A stretch of DNA of 64,000 nucleotides from positions 1 to 64,000 of the IMG/VR virus record IMGVR_UViG_3300021087_001082; one strand, written 5' to 3'. The stretch is from a virus. Lineage: Duplodnaviria; Caudoviricetes. Below the pieces are notes generated by a model that was not told the DNA's origin, ran no database searches, and saw only the letters and a list, made by a program, of their open reading frames with translations. Positions within the stretch are counted from its first letter, which is position 1; each line of letters begins with the position of its first letter. Positions 45,762-56,417 of this stretch are shown here, piece by piece. Position numbers and translations under genes: made by a program.

Positions 45762-47121
45762 ACCTTTTTCCCGAAAGGTTTCCCCTTATATAAGGCAAGA
45801 ATATTTTGATGATAATTCAGAAAAACTTATCTTCAAACAAGTACAAGACTATATTGTTAAACATAATAGTCTACCTACAAAGCAAAGTCTTCTAATTGAT
45901 TTAGATCAACAAGAAGGTTTGCATGAGAATGAATATCAAAAAGCTACAGAAATAATTAATACCTTAGATAAACCTGAGGATAAAGATGTAACTGCTTGGC
46001 TTATTGAACAATCAGAAACCTTCTGCCAAGATAAGGCAATTTATAATGCGGTTGTTGATGCAATTGCTATTTTAGAAGGTAACGAAAATAAATCAAATTT
46101 ACAAAAAGGTGCTATTCCATCTTTATTGTCAGATGCGTTAGCAGTATCATTTGATCCCCATGTAGGTCATGATTTTATTGAAGATGCAAATGAAAGATTT
46201 GATTTTTATCATAGAATCGAAGAGAAGATTGAATTCGATCTTGAAATGTTTAATAAGATCACTAAAGGAGGGTTACCTAACAAAACCCTTAATATATGTC
46301 TTGCTGGAACTGGTGTCGGTAAGTCTCTTTTTATGTGCCATCATGCTGCTAGTTGTTTATCCATAAACAAGAATGTTCTTTATATTACTTTGGAAATGGC
46401 TGAAGAAAGGATCGCTGAAAGAATAGATGCAAATCTTTTAGATATACCTATTAGTCAATTAGAAGAACTTTCAAGGGATATGTATCAAAAGAAAATTGAT
46501 AAGATAAATGCAAAGACTAAGGGTAAAATTATTATTAAGGAATACCCCACTGCTGCAGCAAGTGCAATGCATTTTAAAAATCTTTTATCAGAATTAAAGT
46601 TGAAACGTAATTTTACTCCTGATATAATATTCATAGATTATTTGAATATATGTTCAAGTGCAAGAATCAGAACAGGAGCAAACGTAAATTCGTATACTTA
46701 TATTAAATCAATTGCTGAAGAGTTAAGAGGATTAGCGGTAGAATTTAATGTTCCCATTGTATCCGCGACGCAGACCACAAGATCAGGTTTTACAAGTACA
46801 GATATTGGATTAGAAGATACTTCTGAAAGTTTTGGTTTACCAGCAACTGCTGATTTTATGTTTGCTATAATATCCTCTGATGAAATGGAAGAATTAAATC
46901 AATTACTTGTAAAACAATTAAAGAATAGATATAATGATCCCACATCTTATAAGAAGTTTATTATAGGTATAGACAGATCTAAGATGAGATTATATGACGT
47001 AGAACAAAAGGCCCAAGATGATATTGCAGATAGTGGGCAAGATGATGAACCATTATTTGATCAATCCACCGGCAATAGAATGCGCAATAAAGTAGACTTT
47101 GGTACTTTTCAATATGAATGA
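45712..47121 (+). CDS. gp41: replicative helicase (T4 gp41)
   Basis: AGTGVGKS, LEMAEERIAERIDAN, IKEYPT, IDYLNI, SESFGLPATAD, KQLKNRY. Confidence 0.97.
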   Translation: MNQRIEHLILSHLIHNEPFSRKVSPYIRQEYFDDNSEKLIFKQVQDYIVKHNSLPTKQSLLIDLDQQEGLHENEYQKATEIINTLDKPEDKDVTAWLIEQSETFCQDKAIYNAVVDAIAILEGNENKSNLQKGAIPSLLSDALAVSFDPHVGHDFIEDANERFDFYHRIEEKIEFDLEMFNKITKGGLPNKTLNICLAGTGVGKSLFMCHHAASCLSINKNVLYITLEMAEERIAERIDANLLDIPISQLEELSRDMYQKKIDKINAKTKGKIIIKEYPTAAASAMHFKNLLSELKLKRNFTPDIIFIDYLNICSSARIRTGANVNSYTYIKSIAEELRGLAVEFNVPIVSATQTTRSGFTSTDIGLEDTSESFGLPATADFMFAIISSDEMEELNQLLVKQLKNRYNDPTSYKKFIIGIDRSKMRLYDVEQKAQDDIADSGQDDEPLFDQSTGNRMRNKVDFGTFQYE

Positions 47122-47731
47122 TTTAGATTTTGTTAAAAATTCATTAGGATGTATAAACGAAGCCTTTAAAGAATTTAAGAGTTCTTATAATACATTGGAA
47201 TTCGGCTTCCGGAAACCTATTTCTCATTGGCATGTCTGCGCCAACAGAATGGAAGAAATATTAGAAGAAGAATTAGATTTTTCTTGTTATGTTACTATAC
47301 GAAAAGATAGAAGCCATGCTTTATATGAAATGACCTTTGATGGAGCCGCTAATGTTCCCGAAGAACATATTTCAGAATCTGAATTAGAAATAACAATTAA
47401 CTTATCACCAGAATTTTATACGCAACAACTATCTATTCCGGACGATACTTGGGAAAACTATAAACAACAACTTACCCTCACTTTCATTCATGAATTAACA
47501 CATTCTTTACAATTAGATGACGGCAAAAAGAAAAAAGATAATGATTATTTTTCAAGCCCATTTGAAATAGATGCGTATAGTTCTGAACTCGCCTTTGATA
47601 TGTTTCTTTATAATAAAGAAGAAAAAACTTGCGATTCGTATGCAAGGTATGCTACAATAGATTCTAAGGTTTCTAATAAAATGAAAACCTTGGCAAAAGA
47701 GAAATATCAGTATCTTAAAAATACTAAATAG
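47114..47731 (+). CDS. putative zincin metalloprotease
   Basis: FIHELTHSLQ followed by YFSSPFEIDAY. Confidence 0.6.
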   Translation: MNDLDFVKNSLGCINEAFKEFKSSYNTLEFGFRKPISHWHVCANRMEEILEEELDFSCYVTIRKDRSHALYEMTFDGAANVPEEHISESELEITINLSPEFYTQQLSIPDDTWENYKQQLTLTFIHELTHSLQLDDGKKKKDNDYFSSPFEIDAYSSELAFDMFLYNKEEKTCDSYARYATIDSKVSNKMKTLAKEKYQYLKNTK

Positions 47732-47780
47732 AGTATAATTCTAATAATTGGAGAAGAATGGATTATACGGTAGAGAAAAA

Positions 47781-49286
47781 ATGAAAACATATACAACTTT
47801 CATGGCTCCAATTGAAACTAAATCGGAAATTAGAACCCTTTTAGAGAGAGTAACACCAGAACTTAAAAAACAAGTGCTTGATCAAATCGAAATGATTGAC
47901 AAGGACGAGGTGTTAAAAAATGTATTAGAGGCCATTCAAAAAGATGTGATGGGCAACATGCTAAGAGTGAAAGCAGCTGACGCCAAAATCACTATGAATG
48001 TAGATCTGTTTATTGATTCTATAATATCTATAATTAATAAAACAGGTGATAGTGCAGAAGACCAAGTTACTTTTCTTAAAGACCTACTTGATGGCAAAGT
48101 AATAGATTGTATCAAAATGGTCAAAGATAGTTTGAATAAAGTAGTTAAAATGGATTCATATGTTAAGACAAAGAGTCCATTATGGTCCAAGGTTAAAGAT
48201 AAATTAATCGCTTTAGATATAAAAATTGATAATCAAAATATAGGTCCTGGTGAAATTCTTTATATAATATCAACACCAGGAGGCAAAAAAGGCGATGAAG
48301 AGAATAAAGGTGATTGTTGGTTAGCACAAGGTGTTAATGTTGAATTAAAGAAAGATGGAGGAACCTTTTCAAAACCAACTAAATTTGCTGATGCCAGATT
48401 AGCATGGATTAATGCATTTAAAGACTTAGGAAGAGATTTAAGTGGTGCAGATGCAGATACAATGGGCCTTGGTGGAACAAGTATATACGGCGAATCAAAT
48501 AAAGGTGGTGGTATAGCTAATGCATTATCCATAGGAAGTAAAGACTATACAACATTGTATATGGATAACAAAGGCGTTACTCAAAGACTAGCAGACAAAG
48601 CCTGTGAATCATTATATGCTAAAGTTTGTGCTATAGCTTGTCCTAATAACGGCGCGCTTCCATATACATTTAATAAAACAGTAAAAAATGGATTAACTGA
48701 CCCTAATGAATTTGTAAGACAATGGAATGCTAATGCCTTACATGATTATAAAGTACATGGTTGGGATTACTTAACATTATTTAATGCTGATTCAGGTGAT
48801 ACAATTTCATTTATGAGTGCACAGGATTTATATAAGTCTAAACAATGGAATGTGGGTTCTGAATGGATGTTAAGATGGACTGGAGGCGGAGGTTTCGGAG
48901 GTACTGGGTCTTCAACAAGAGTTTATGCTGGCACATTTAAAAATATAGCTACATATGATCCTGGTGATACCGATTTTGAGAAAAAGGTAGCAGAAAAAAA
49001 TAATATAAGAAAAGCTTTAGAGCACGCTTTCGGACAATTAAGCAACAAGAAAAATTCAGGAAAAATAAAAGCGGCATTTAGTAAAGCTAATGATTTAAAA
49101 GGTCCTATGAACGATCTTTCAAAGAATAACGAACCTAAAGATTTTAAACCTCTTGTAGGTCAAATAGGACAAAAAATAAGTGACTATTTTCAGGCTAAGA
49201 ATGAACTTAATTTTGGGAGAGATAAATCAGATAGAGATCTAGGAAAAAGCTTCGCGGATATGAAACGGAAATTGGGAGTAAGGTGA
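47781..49286 (+). CDS. hypothetical protein with capsid-targeting-like N-terminus
   Basis: MKTYTTF...; GPGE...GD...VELK may be a PD-(D/E)xK-like motif. Confidence 0.65.
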   Translation: MKTYTTFMAPIETKSEIRTLLERVTPELKKQVLDQIEMIDKDEVLKNVLEAIQKDVMGNMLRVKAADAKITMNVDLFIDSIISIINKTGDSAEDQVTFLKDLLDGKVIDCIKMVKDSLNKVVKMDSYVKTKSPLWSKVKDKLIALDIKIDNQNIGPGEILYIISTPGGKKGDEENKGDCWLAQGVNVELKKDGGTFSKPTKFADARLAWINAFKDLGRDLSGADADTMGLGGTSIYGESNKGGGIANALSIGSKDYTTLYMDNKGVTQRLADKACESLYAKVCAIACPNNGALPYTFNKTVKNGLTDPNEFVRQWNANALHDYKVHGWDYLTLFNADSGDTISFMSAQDLYKSKQWNVGSEWMLRWTGGGGFGGTGSSTRVYAGTFKNIATYDPGDTDFEKKVAEKNNIRKALEHAFGQLSNKKNSGKIKAAFSKANDLKGPMNDLSKNNEPKDFKPLVGQIGQKISDYFQAKNELNFGRDKSDRDLGKSFADMKRKLGVR

Positions 49287-50509
49287 AACAATATAAACAA
49301 TTTCTTACTGAAGCTTCTGGAAAAAATCTTCATATGGAACATCTCGAAGATGAGGTGTTAAATGGTGGGGTTAATGGTACTAGAGGTGCTATTGATTTTT
49401 TAAGATCTTTAAGAAACATGTTAGCCGGTCATAATAAAGAAGCAGTTAATGTTACTGTTAAATGGGATGGTGCTCCTGCTATATGCGCCGGTATTCATCC
49501 TAATGGAAAATTCTTTGTTGATTATAAGTCAATGAGACGTCCATGTTTTATTCAAGCCGATGTTGATGAACATTTCAGTGGTGGCCCCCTTCATTCTAAA
49601 ATGAGTGCTTTATTAGAACATTTACCTAAGTTAAAGATTCCAGGTAATATTTTTCAAGGTGATGTTCTTTGGACAGAGGATAAAGATAAGAAGATACAGA
49701 CAATTGATAAGGAAAGACAGATTACGTTTACACCTAATACGATAACTTATGCCGTTCCTTTAAATACAGAATTAGCAAATGCCATAATTAGAGCAAAGAT
49801 TGGAATTGTTTTTCATACAACATACAGAACAGCGGGACAAGAAGACTTAGCAGATTTGAAAGCCGAGTTTGGTGCAGATGTAAATCAATGGACATCACAT
49901 AAGGATGTTTGGGCTGTTAATGCGGACTTTACAGATGTAAGTGGAACAGCAACATTTACAAAGGCAGATGAAAAGAAAGTAACAGATATGTTATCTCAGT
50001 TAGGAAAAGATTTTAATAAAGTCAATGGTCGTTTTCTTGATGGTATCAAAGATGATAATATATTAAAAGTTCATATTAAGACCTATATAAATTCTAAAGT
50101 CAGAGAAGGTGAATTTATAGAAGAAAGGTTAGCAAGAGATTGTGTAAAATTTATTAAAGCTAAGTTAGATAAGGATGTTGCAAAGTTAAAATCAGAAAAA
50201 GGTCGTACACGAAAACAAATGACTGTTGATGAATACTTAAAGAAATTAAATGGTAATATAGATCAGATAGGTACTGTTTTTCGTATAATGGCTTTAATAA
50301 ATAATATTAAGCTATATATTGTAGAGAAATTAGAAGAGGTAAAAGGTTTAACTTCTACCTTTATTAAAACCTCAACAGGTTATAAAGTAACAAAACCAGA
50401 AGGGTTTGTTGCTATTGACTCATTTGATTCTGGTAAGGGATTAAAATTAGTTAACAGAATGGAATTTAGTAGAATAAATTTTACCGCAGAAAAGGATTGG
50501 GACCAATGA
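49283..50509 (+). CDS. conserved T4-like protein (DUF6267-type) with nucleotidyltransferase-like KxDG
   Basis: MKQYKQFLTE, KNLHMEHLED, TVKWDGAPA, FQGD, FTPNTITY, PEGFV, KLVNRMEFSRINF. Confidence 0.8.
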   Translation: MKQYKQFLTEASGKNLHMEHLEDEVLNGGVNGTRGAIDFLRSLRNMLAGHNKEAVNVTVKWDGAPAICAGIHPNGKFFVDYKSMRRPCFIQADVDEHFSGGPLHSKMSALLEHLPKLKIPGNIFQGDVLWTEDKDKKIQTIDKERQITFTPNTITYAVPLNTELANAIIRAKIGIVFHTTYRTAGQEDLADLKAEFGADVNQWTSHKDVWAVNADFTDVSGTATFTKADEKKVTDMLSQLGKDFNKVNGRFLDGIKDDNILKVHIKTYINSKVREGEFIEERLARDCVKFIKAKLDKDVAKLKSEKGRTRKQMTVDEYLKKLNGNIDQIGTVFRIMALINNIKLYIVEKLEEVKGLTSTFIKTSTGYKVTKPEGFVAIDSFDSGKGLKLVNRMEFSRINFTAEKDWDQ

Positions 50510-50772
50510 AAAATTACAAAGAATTCTCAAAGCGCGACCTGAAAGAATCTAAGTATTCTGATCAGTTGATTGATGCATTACGTGATTGCATTGATTCCGC
50601 GCCTGATAGAACTAAAAATAAACTAGCACAAGTATATGAGGACTATGTTCATAAGTTTATGAGACGTCCACAAAAATTACCATATATGTTACAAGGGTTC
50701 TTAGATGCTATCGAAGAAGGTACCGATGCAAGAATAGAATGGAAGGGTGGCGGAGATAGGAGCGACTGGTGA
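50506..50772 (+). CDS. small hypothetical protein with capsid-targeting-like N-terminus
   Basis: MKNYKEF...LKE. Confidence 0.6.
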   Translation: MKNYKEFSKRDLKESKYSDQLIDALRDCIDSAPDRTKNKLAQVYEDYVHKFMRRPQKLPYMLQGFLDAIEEGTDARIEWKGGGDRSDW

Positions 50773-51518
50773 AAACATATAAAGAATATACAGAATCTCC
50801 AGTTAATGAAGTTGATTCATCCGGCATAGATATGTATGATAATAAAAGAAAAGAATCAGAGAGGAAGAAGAAGGCTCGGGAAACTCCTTCTTCTCCAGAA
50901 ACTCAAGCTAAGCTTAAAAAGGTAAGAGCAGGGGAAACTGTTGATGAATATGTGGGATCAGTAGAGTATAAGAAAAGAATGAAGAAAAAGGGTTATCCCG
51001 AACATAAGAAAGACAGGTCTTCTGGTTATGTTGAAGATATTAAGAAGACTTTCGCTGAAATTACAACTGGTCTTTTAAACCGCGCCGCAGGTGCAGCAAA
51101 GAAGGATGCCGCAACACAAAGAGACGCGCAAGATTGGGCGACGAGAGTGAAAGGTAAAGGACATGCTTTTGGTGCTGCAGAAGCCGGCAAAAAAGCAGCA
51201 AAGAGAGAGAAACAAGCTGGAAAATTCAGTGCTGCCGCCGATGTCAAACAACGGAATACAGCCTTTAAAAAGGAAGGTGTCATGACTGGATATGTTGATG
51301 AACTTTCAAAAGGCTTATTACAACGCGCGCAACAATCAGCTAAAGCGAAAGCTGGACAACAAAGAGCCGTATCGGCTAAAGCCGCTTCAAGAGTTGGTGA
51401 CACTAGTCAACCACCAGGACAAAATCTTAAATCGAAACGTGCAGATTTCAAAGCAGCAAAAAAAGATTATCAAGCATTTAAATTTAAGAAAGCAGCAGAC
51501 AAGAAAGAAGAGGAATAA
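50769..51518 (+). CDS. basic Ala/Lys-rich putative internal head protein
   Basis: MKTYKEYTE; internal repeats EITTGLLNRA / ELSKGLLQRA. Confidence 0.65.
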   Translation: MKTYKEYTESPVNEVDSSGIDMYDNKRKESERKKKARETPSSPETQAKLKKVRAGETVDEYVGSVEYKKRMKKKGYPEHKKDRSSGYVEDIKKTFAEITTGLLNRAAGAAKKDAATQRDAQDWATRVKGKGHAFGAAEAGKKAAKREKQAGKFSAAADVKQRNTAFKKEGVMTGYVDELSKGLLQRAQQSAKAKAGQQRAVSAKAASRVGDTSQPPGQNLKSKRADFKAAKKDYQAFKFKKAADKKEEE

Positions 51519-51727
51519 TGTCTAAAGATAAACATGATTATTTTGGTGAAGGCCCATTTTCAGGACCACAAAGCGATCTAGTCGCTTCGGTTATGAGAAT
51601 AGCAGAAAAAGCAGAAAAAGAAAAGCCTGAAGAAGAAGAAGTAAAAGGTTTTGAAAAAATGTCTAACGACAAATTAAATCAGTCTGTTAAAGACGCATAT
51701 CTCGATAAGGTTCGAGGGGGAATGTGA
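51518..51727 (+). CDS. hypothetical protein
   Basis: coupled ORF. Confidence 0.55.
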   Translation: MSKDKHDYFGEGPFSGPQSDLVASVMRIAEKAEKEKPEEEEVKGFEKMSNDKLNQSVKDAYLDKVRGGM

Positions 51728-53169
51728 TTTCATTTACTCAATTACGGGAAGGGTCGTTAAAAACAGCAGTATTTGCTTTTGGTCGGTTTAATCCTCCCAC
51801 AATTGGACACGAGATTCTAGTTAATAAAGTAACTACAGTTGCTAAACGCAATCGTGGTGATGCTTTTATATTTCCTAGTTCCACACAAGATTCTAAAAAG
51901 AATCCATTAGATTATAAAGAAAAGATTAAATGGATGAAAAAAATGTTTAAACCGAAAGGCGAAGACATTTTTAAGTATTCCGAAGATCAACCTAAAGAAG
52001 TACTGAAATCTCTTTCATTATTACATGATGAAGGATATGAAGAAGTTATTATGGTTGTAGGAAGTGATAGAGTAAATCAATTTAAAAAACTATTGCCTCA
52101 ATATAATGGTGTTGATGGTAAAACACATGGTTTTTATGATTTCAAAAAAATAGAAATAGAAAGCGCTGGTGAAAGAGATCCAGATGCAGATGATGCTACA
52201 GGAATGTCAGCATCTAAATTAAGATCACTTGCTGTTGATGGTGATTTTGATAAGTTTAAAGAAGGGTTACCAGATATCTTATCTGATAAAGATAAACGTT
52301 CATTATATCAATCATTACGAAAAGGTATGAGACTATCCGTTATTGAATCCCAAATGAAAGAAAAATTGGGTCCTGGTGCACCAATTGGAAAAATGAAAAA
52401 TAGTGTATCGGATCCTAAAAAGGCAATGGGAAAATTTGTATCTAAAACTGCTCCACCAAGAGCAAACGATGATGCAGGAATAGATGATATAATGCAAAAA
52501 GCAGATTCAGGAGTTAAACCATCGAGCCCATCTACTAAAATAAAAAATAAGCAGACGCAGTTAAAGCCACCATCGTCTTCATCAGTAGATAAAGAATCAT
52601 TATGTATGGATAAACTATATTATGAAGATGATGTTTATCATTTAGAAACTGAAACGAAAGAATTATTTAAGTATTTGGAACAATTCGCTACAACTAAACC
52701 CAAACAAGAATATTATAAACGTGCTTTAAAAGAAACAGAAGAATTTTGGAGTAAATATGAAATGGCATTCGGTGGATCTGTTAAAGTGGCACTATGGGAA
52801 ATATCCCGATTAAGAGAACATACAAAGAAAGCTGCTGATTTTATTACATTGTTAGGTGAAGATGTTGATTATAACGTAGCAAACCTTTCTTATATGAATG
52901 AACGAATAGATGAATTGCCTACAAATAACATAGATATTAATAAACCAGTAAGTTCTAAATTACAAGAAATACTTGGTTTAAAGGAATGGCACAAGGATAG
53001 AGCCAAAGAAGGTCAACAGTTAGAAATCGGAACCGATAAATATAGACAGTACCTTGTAGATTTGACTCCGGGAGAGGAGTTTAAATCAGAACAAAATAAA
53101 AAACGCGAACAACAAGCGGAAAGAGTCAGTAAGATGATTTCCAAAATTATTGCCAACAGGAGCAAATAA
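51724..53169 (+). CDS. cytidyltransferase-like (HxGH) protein with C-terminal extension
   Basis: FGRFNPPTIGH, KNPL, VVGSDR, SAGERDPD, MSASKLR. Confidence 0.9.
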   Translation: MISFTQLREGSLKTAVFAFGRFNPPTIGHEILVNKVTTVAKRNRGDAFIFPSSTQDSKKNPLDYKEKIKWMKKMFKPKGEDIFKYSEDQPKEVLKSLSLLHDEGYEEVIMVVGSDRVNQFKKLLPQYNGVDGKTHGFYDFKKIEIESAGERDPDADDATGMSASKLRSLAVDGDFDKFKEGLPDILSDKDKRSLYQSLRKGMRLSVIESQMKEKLGPGAPIGKMKNSVSDPKKAMGKFVSKTAPPRANDDAGIDDIMQKADSGVKPSSPSTKIKNKQTQLKPPSSSSVDKESLCMDKLYYEDDVYHLETETKELFKYLEQFATTKPKQEYYKRALKETEEFWSKYEMAFGGSVKVALWEISRLREHTKKAADFITLLGEDVDYNVANLSYMNERIDELPTNNIDINKPVSSKLQEILGLKEWHKDRAKEGQQLEIGTDKYRQYLVDLTPGEEFKSEQNKKREQQAERVSKMISKIIANRSK

Positions 53170-55052
53170 TGGATTGGTCAAAATATTATCCCGCGAATTA
53201 CTCGGCGATAACAGAAGCAGACATTGAGATGATAAGGGAGAAACGAAAGTTAGAAACTCCTGTTGAAGACAATACTAATGATGAGCCAGATGACGGCGAA
53301 GGAATGGATAAAGTCCAACCTAAAGCGCTAAAGAAAAAGTTTGATAAACGTAAAGATAAAGATATCGACAATGATGGCGATACAGATGATTCTGATGAAG
53401 TTATTCACGCTAAAAGAAAAGCTATTGGTAAAAATATTGCTAAGCAAGATGAATCTAAAGGCGAAATGTGTCCGGAAGAGTGTTGTGGTGTACCAGTTAG
53501 TGAATGTACATGTCCACCAGATTGTCCACATTGTGATTGTAATGCTATTAATGAAATGTCTAAGGATGAATATAAAGATGATAATATGAAAAGACAACAG
53601 GCGAAGAAGAAAAAGAAAGATGAGCCTGAAGAAACAGAATTTTCCAAACAACAGGATACAGTTACAGATATGGAATCAGTCTCTCATGGAAAACCAGGAG
53701 TAATTGATATCTATAAAGAAACATTAGCATTAGCAAAAGTAACAAGAGGTAGAGATAAGTTGTCTCTTGAAGGCGCAGCCAAGTTAATAAAGCAACGTTC
53801 TTATGATAAGTTAGCACCTTACTTAGATAGTATGGAAGAAGAGCCACGACAATCTGTTTTAATGATCTTAATGAATGATCAAAAGATTGCAGATAAAGTC
53901 ATGAGGAAGATGAAGACAGAAAAGTATCATGGTTGGTTGATGTCTGAAATGCATCAGAAGTATGATGGCCTTACATGGGCAGAGATTGGGGAACGTTTAA
54001 TTAGAACACCAGAACGTAGATTAGTTTCTCTTGCATATGCTACTAAGATGGGAACAATTGATGCACCTTCACCTGAAGTCCAAAAATTAGCAGATGATTG
54101 TTCGTTGGAAGATTTAGAAAAAGCAGCCGGGGAAATTATCGGTGAAGATGATGAACTAGAAGAGGCAAAATCAGATGCGGAAAAGATTGCTGATAAACAA
54201 GCTAGCAATAATAAGATAAAACAAAAGTCATCTAATCAGGACAATCAGGCAGACGCAAAAAAAGCAGATAAAGCTCGTGAAACACAAGCTAATACAAATG
54301 ATAAAGAACAGGAAAAACGACAGGCTCAATCAGATAAAGAAAGAGCAGCAAAGAAAAAACAACAAGCTGCTGCCCGTGCTAGAGAAACTGATGATCCTAC
54401 AGTCAAGAGAGACGGCGGTCCAACTACAATGCGTTCAAAAATTGCAAATATAGCATTTTCTGCAATGGAAGACGCCGAAGATGTTCCTGAAACTATTGAT
54501 GCAAGACGTAGAGTATTTAAAGAAAAAATTAGAAAGCTTGCTTATGAGAAGGCCAAAGAATTAATTGCAAAGCAACAATCAGTGCCTGATCCAACTTATG
54601 ATGAAGCTAAAAAAGAAGAAGAAGAGGATTCTGAAGAAATCGGATCCAAAGTTAAAGAGACTGGTAAGGTCGATAACAAAATAAAGATGGAGCCAACAGT
54701 GAAAGAAAGTACAGGTGTTTCCTTTGTGCGGAAGTATAAGAATAAAATGTCAGCGGAACAGCGAGATGCAACTCTCGAAAATAATATACTTGAATATCTA
54801 GCAGGTGGTAGTTCTTTTGGTCGTGTAAAAAGGGCAGTACCTGTTGGTGCCGAATTTGCTTCTGATGATTCGCCAGCTTCAGCTACTTCAATTGCTCGTG
54901 CATTGAAGTGTAGTCCAATGCAAGTACAAAAGTTATTGGATGATATGTTAGAAGCAGGACAGATATCACGTGTAGGCGATGCATATTCATATGCTTCCCC
55001 TAGACCAGCTGATCCACAGGGTGAAAAAGAAGAGTCCGGACTAGAAGTATAA
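53169..55052 (+). CDS. large charged protein with DxDxDG loop, Cys-rich cluster and C-terminal HTH-like segment
   Basis: DKDIDNDGDTDDSDE; CPEECCGVPVSECTCPPDCPHCDC; SIARALKCSPMQVQKLLDDM. Confidence 0.7.
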   Translation: MDWSKYYPANYSAITEADIEMIREKRKLETPVEDNTNDEPDDGEGMDKVQPKALKKKFDKRKDKDIDNDGDTDDSDEVIHAKRKAIGKNIAKQDESKGEMCPEECCGVPVSECTCPPDCPHCDCNAINEMSKDEYKDDNMKRQQAKKKKKDEPEETEFSKQQDTVTDMESVSHGKPGVIDIYKETLALAKVTRGRDKLSLEGAAKLIKQRSYDKLAPYLDSMEEEPRQSVLMILMNDQKIADKVMRKMKTEKYHGWLMSEMHQKYDGLTWAEIGERLIRTPERRLVSLAYATKMGTIDAPSPEVQKLADDCSLEDLEKAAGEIIGEDDELEEAKSDAEKIADKQASNNKIKQKSSNQDNQADAKKADKARETQANTNDKEQEKRQAQSDKERAAKKKQQAAARARETDDPTVKRDGGPTTMRSKIANIAFSAMEDAEDVPETIDARRRVFKEKIRKLAYEKAKELIAKQQSVPDPTYDEAKKEEEEDSEEIGSKVKETGKVDNKIKMEPTVKESTGVSFVRKYKNKMSAEQRDATLENNILEYLAGGSSFGRVKRAVPVGAEFASDDSPASATSIARALKCSPMQVQKLLDDMLEAGQISRVGDAYSYASPRPADPQGEKEESGLEV

Positions 55053-55061
55053 ACAAACAAT

Positions 55062-55805
55062 ATGAATGTAGTGATTGGAAACGGTGAAAGTCGTAAGGCT
55101 TTTAATCTTAATTTATTATTGGATCATACAACATATGGATGTAATGCGATGTATAGGGATTGGAACCCTACACATCTTATATGTATAGACAATAAGATGC
55201 TGCATGAAATAGTAACATCACAGTATCCAAAGTTACATCATTGTTGGTTTAGAAATTTTCAGTTACTGGATCCTGATATGTATCCAGTTTTCAGGTCAAC
55301 AGTTACGCCTGATATTGAAGTAATAGAGAATAAGAATACAGGATATAAATTCGCCTATTACGGACAAGAAATAAGTAGAGTTTATCATGATGATACTCAT
55401 ACAATGGATCTGCTAGATAAACCGGTTCATTATTTTACATGGGTATCAGAACAAGATAAAATAGATGTGGTGGACGATTTAAAACATATACCAATGTTAG
55501 ATTCAGGACCACTCGCAACTTGGATATGTTGTGAACAAGAAAAACCGGAAACGGTTTATTTAATGGGTTTTGATTTTAACATAAATGATGGAAAAGTAAA
55601 CAATATATATAAAGACACAGATTGTTATGCTCCTAATTATGCATTGCCAGTGAAAGCGGCAGGGTGGATTCAGAATTTTGAAGTTATGTTTACTGAACAT
55701 TTTCCTGAAGTCAATTTTGTACATATTCAGGAAGAAGAGTGCTTTAATAAAGAAATTCCAAACATAGATACAATATCTATGGATGAGTTTAAAGAGTTGT
55801 TATAA
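55062..55805 (+). CDS. conserved T4-like hypothetical protein
   Basis: VIGNGESR, YGCNAMYRD, SGPLA, YLMGFD, NNIYKDT. Confidence 0.75.
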   Translation: MNVVIGNGESRKAFNLNLLLDHTTYGCNAMYRDWNPTHLICIDNKMLHEIVTSQYPKLHHCWFRNFQLLDPDMYPVFRSTVTPDIEVIENKNTGYKFAYYGQEISRVYHDDTHTMDLLDKPVHYFTWVSEQDKIDVVDDLKHIPMLDSGPLATWICCEQEKPETVYLMGFDFNINDGKVNNIYKDTDCYAPNYALPVKAAGWIQNFEVMFTEHFPEVNFVHIQEEECFNKEIPNIDTISMDEFKELL

Positions 55806-55808
55806 ATA
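55801..55808 (+). promoter_or_regulatory. T4-type late promoter
   Basis: TATAAATA. Confidence 0.8.
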
Positions 55809-55832
55809 TTTAAAAATTAATAGGAGAAATTC

Positions 55833-56402
55833 ATGCCTCTATGGGGAAAAGCCGCTGCTGGTACTCAGGCACAAAAACCAAAATGGGTTGGTACCACAGA
55901 AGGTGCACAATACAATAAACAAGATATCTATGGCGCTAACAATGGCTGGGTTATTAATACTAAAGCCAGTAAAAATGCTTCAGCTGCCCCAGAGATTCTA
56001 GTTGCAATGGGCGAACTTGGTACCGCTCTTGCCGCACCAACTGTTACATCAATGAGATTTACTGCATCAGCAATCACAGGTGGATCAAGAACAATTGCTG
56101 TTCAGGTCACTTGGGATGAAAGAGTTACAGTTACTGGAACACCACAAGTTGCTATTGCAAACGGTAACCAAGGAACTGGATCTGGTCGAGGACCACATAC
56201 AGCTTCATACGCTTCAGGTTCTGGAACAAACAGACTCACTTTCAGCGTAGCAAGTCAAACAGTTGCAACAGATGACGTTCTTACATTGGGTGGATCTAAT
56301 GTGGCACTAAATAGTGGTACAATTAAAGATACAACTGATGGATCAACTGTAGCATTGTTAGTTCTTTCAGGATTAACTGCGGTAACATTGACAGTAACTT
56401 AA
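55833..56402 (+). CDS. putative virion structural protein (Ig-like)
   Basis: MPLWG start, VTVTGTP, YASGSGTNRLTF; late promoter and AGGAG SD. Confidence 0.75.
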   Translation: MPLWGKAAAGTQAQKPKWVGTTEGAQYNKQDIYGANNGWVINTKASKNASAAPEILVAMGELGTALAAPTVTSMRFTASAITGGSRTIAVQVTWDERVTVTGTPQVAIANGNQGTGSGRGPHTASYASGSGTNRLTFSVASQTVATDDVLTLGGSNVALNSGTIKDTTDGSTVALLVLSGLTAVTLTVT

Positions 56403-56417
56403 TAGTTAACTGATATT

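Noticed and set aside
51026-55060. Longer minus-strand ORFs (51026-51403, 54596-55060 and similar)
   Set aside because: They lie fully antisense to well-supported + strand genes and have no recognisable motifs.
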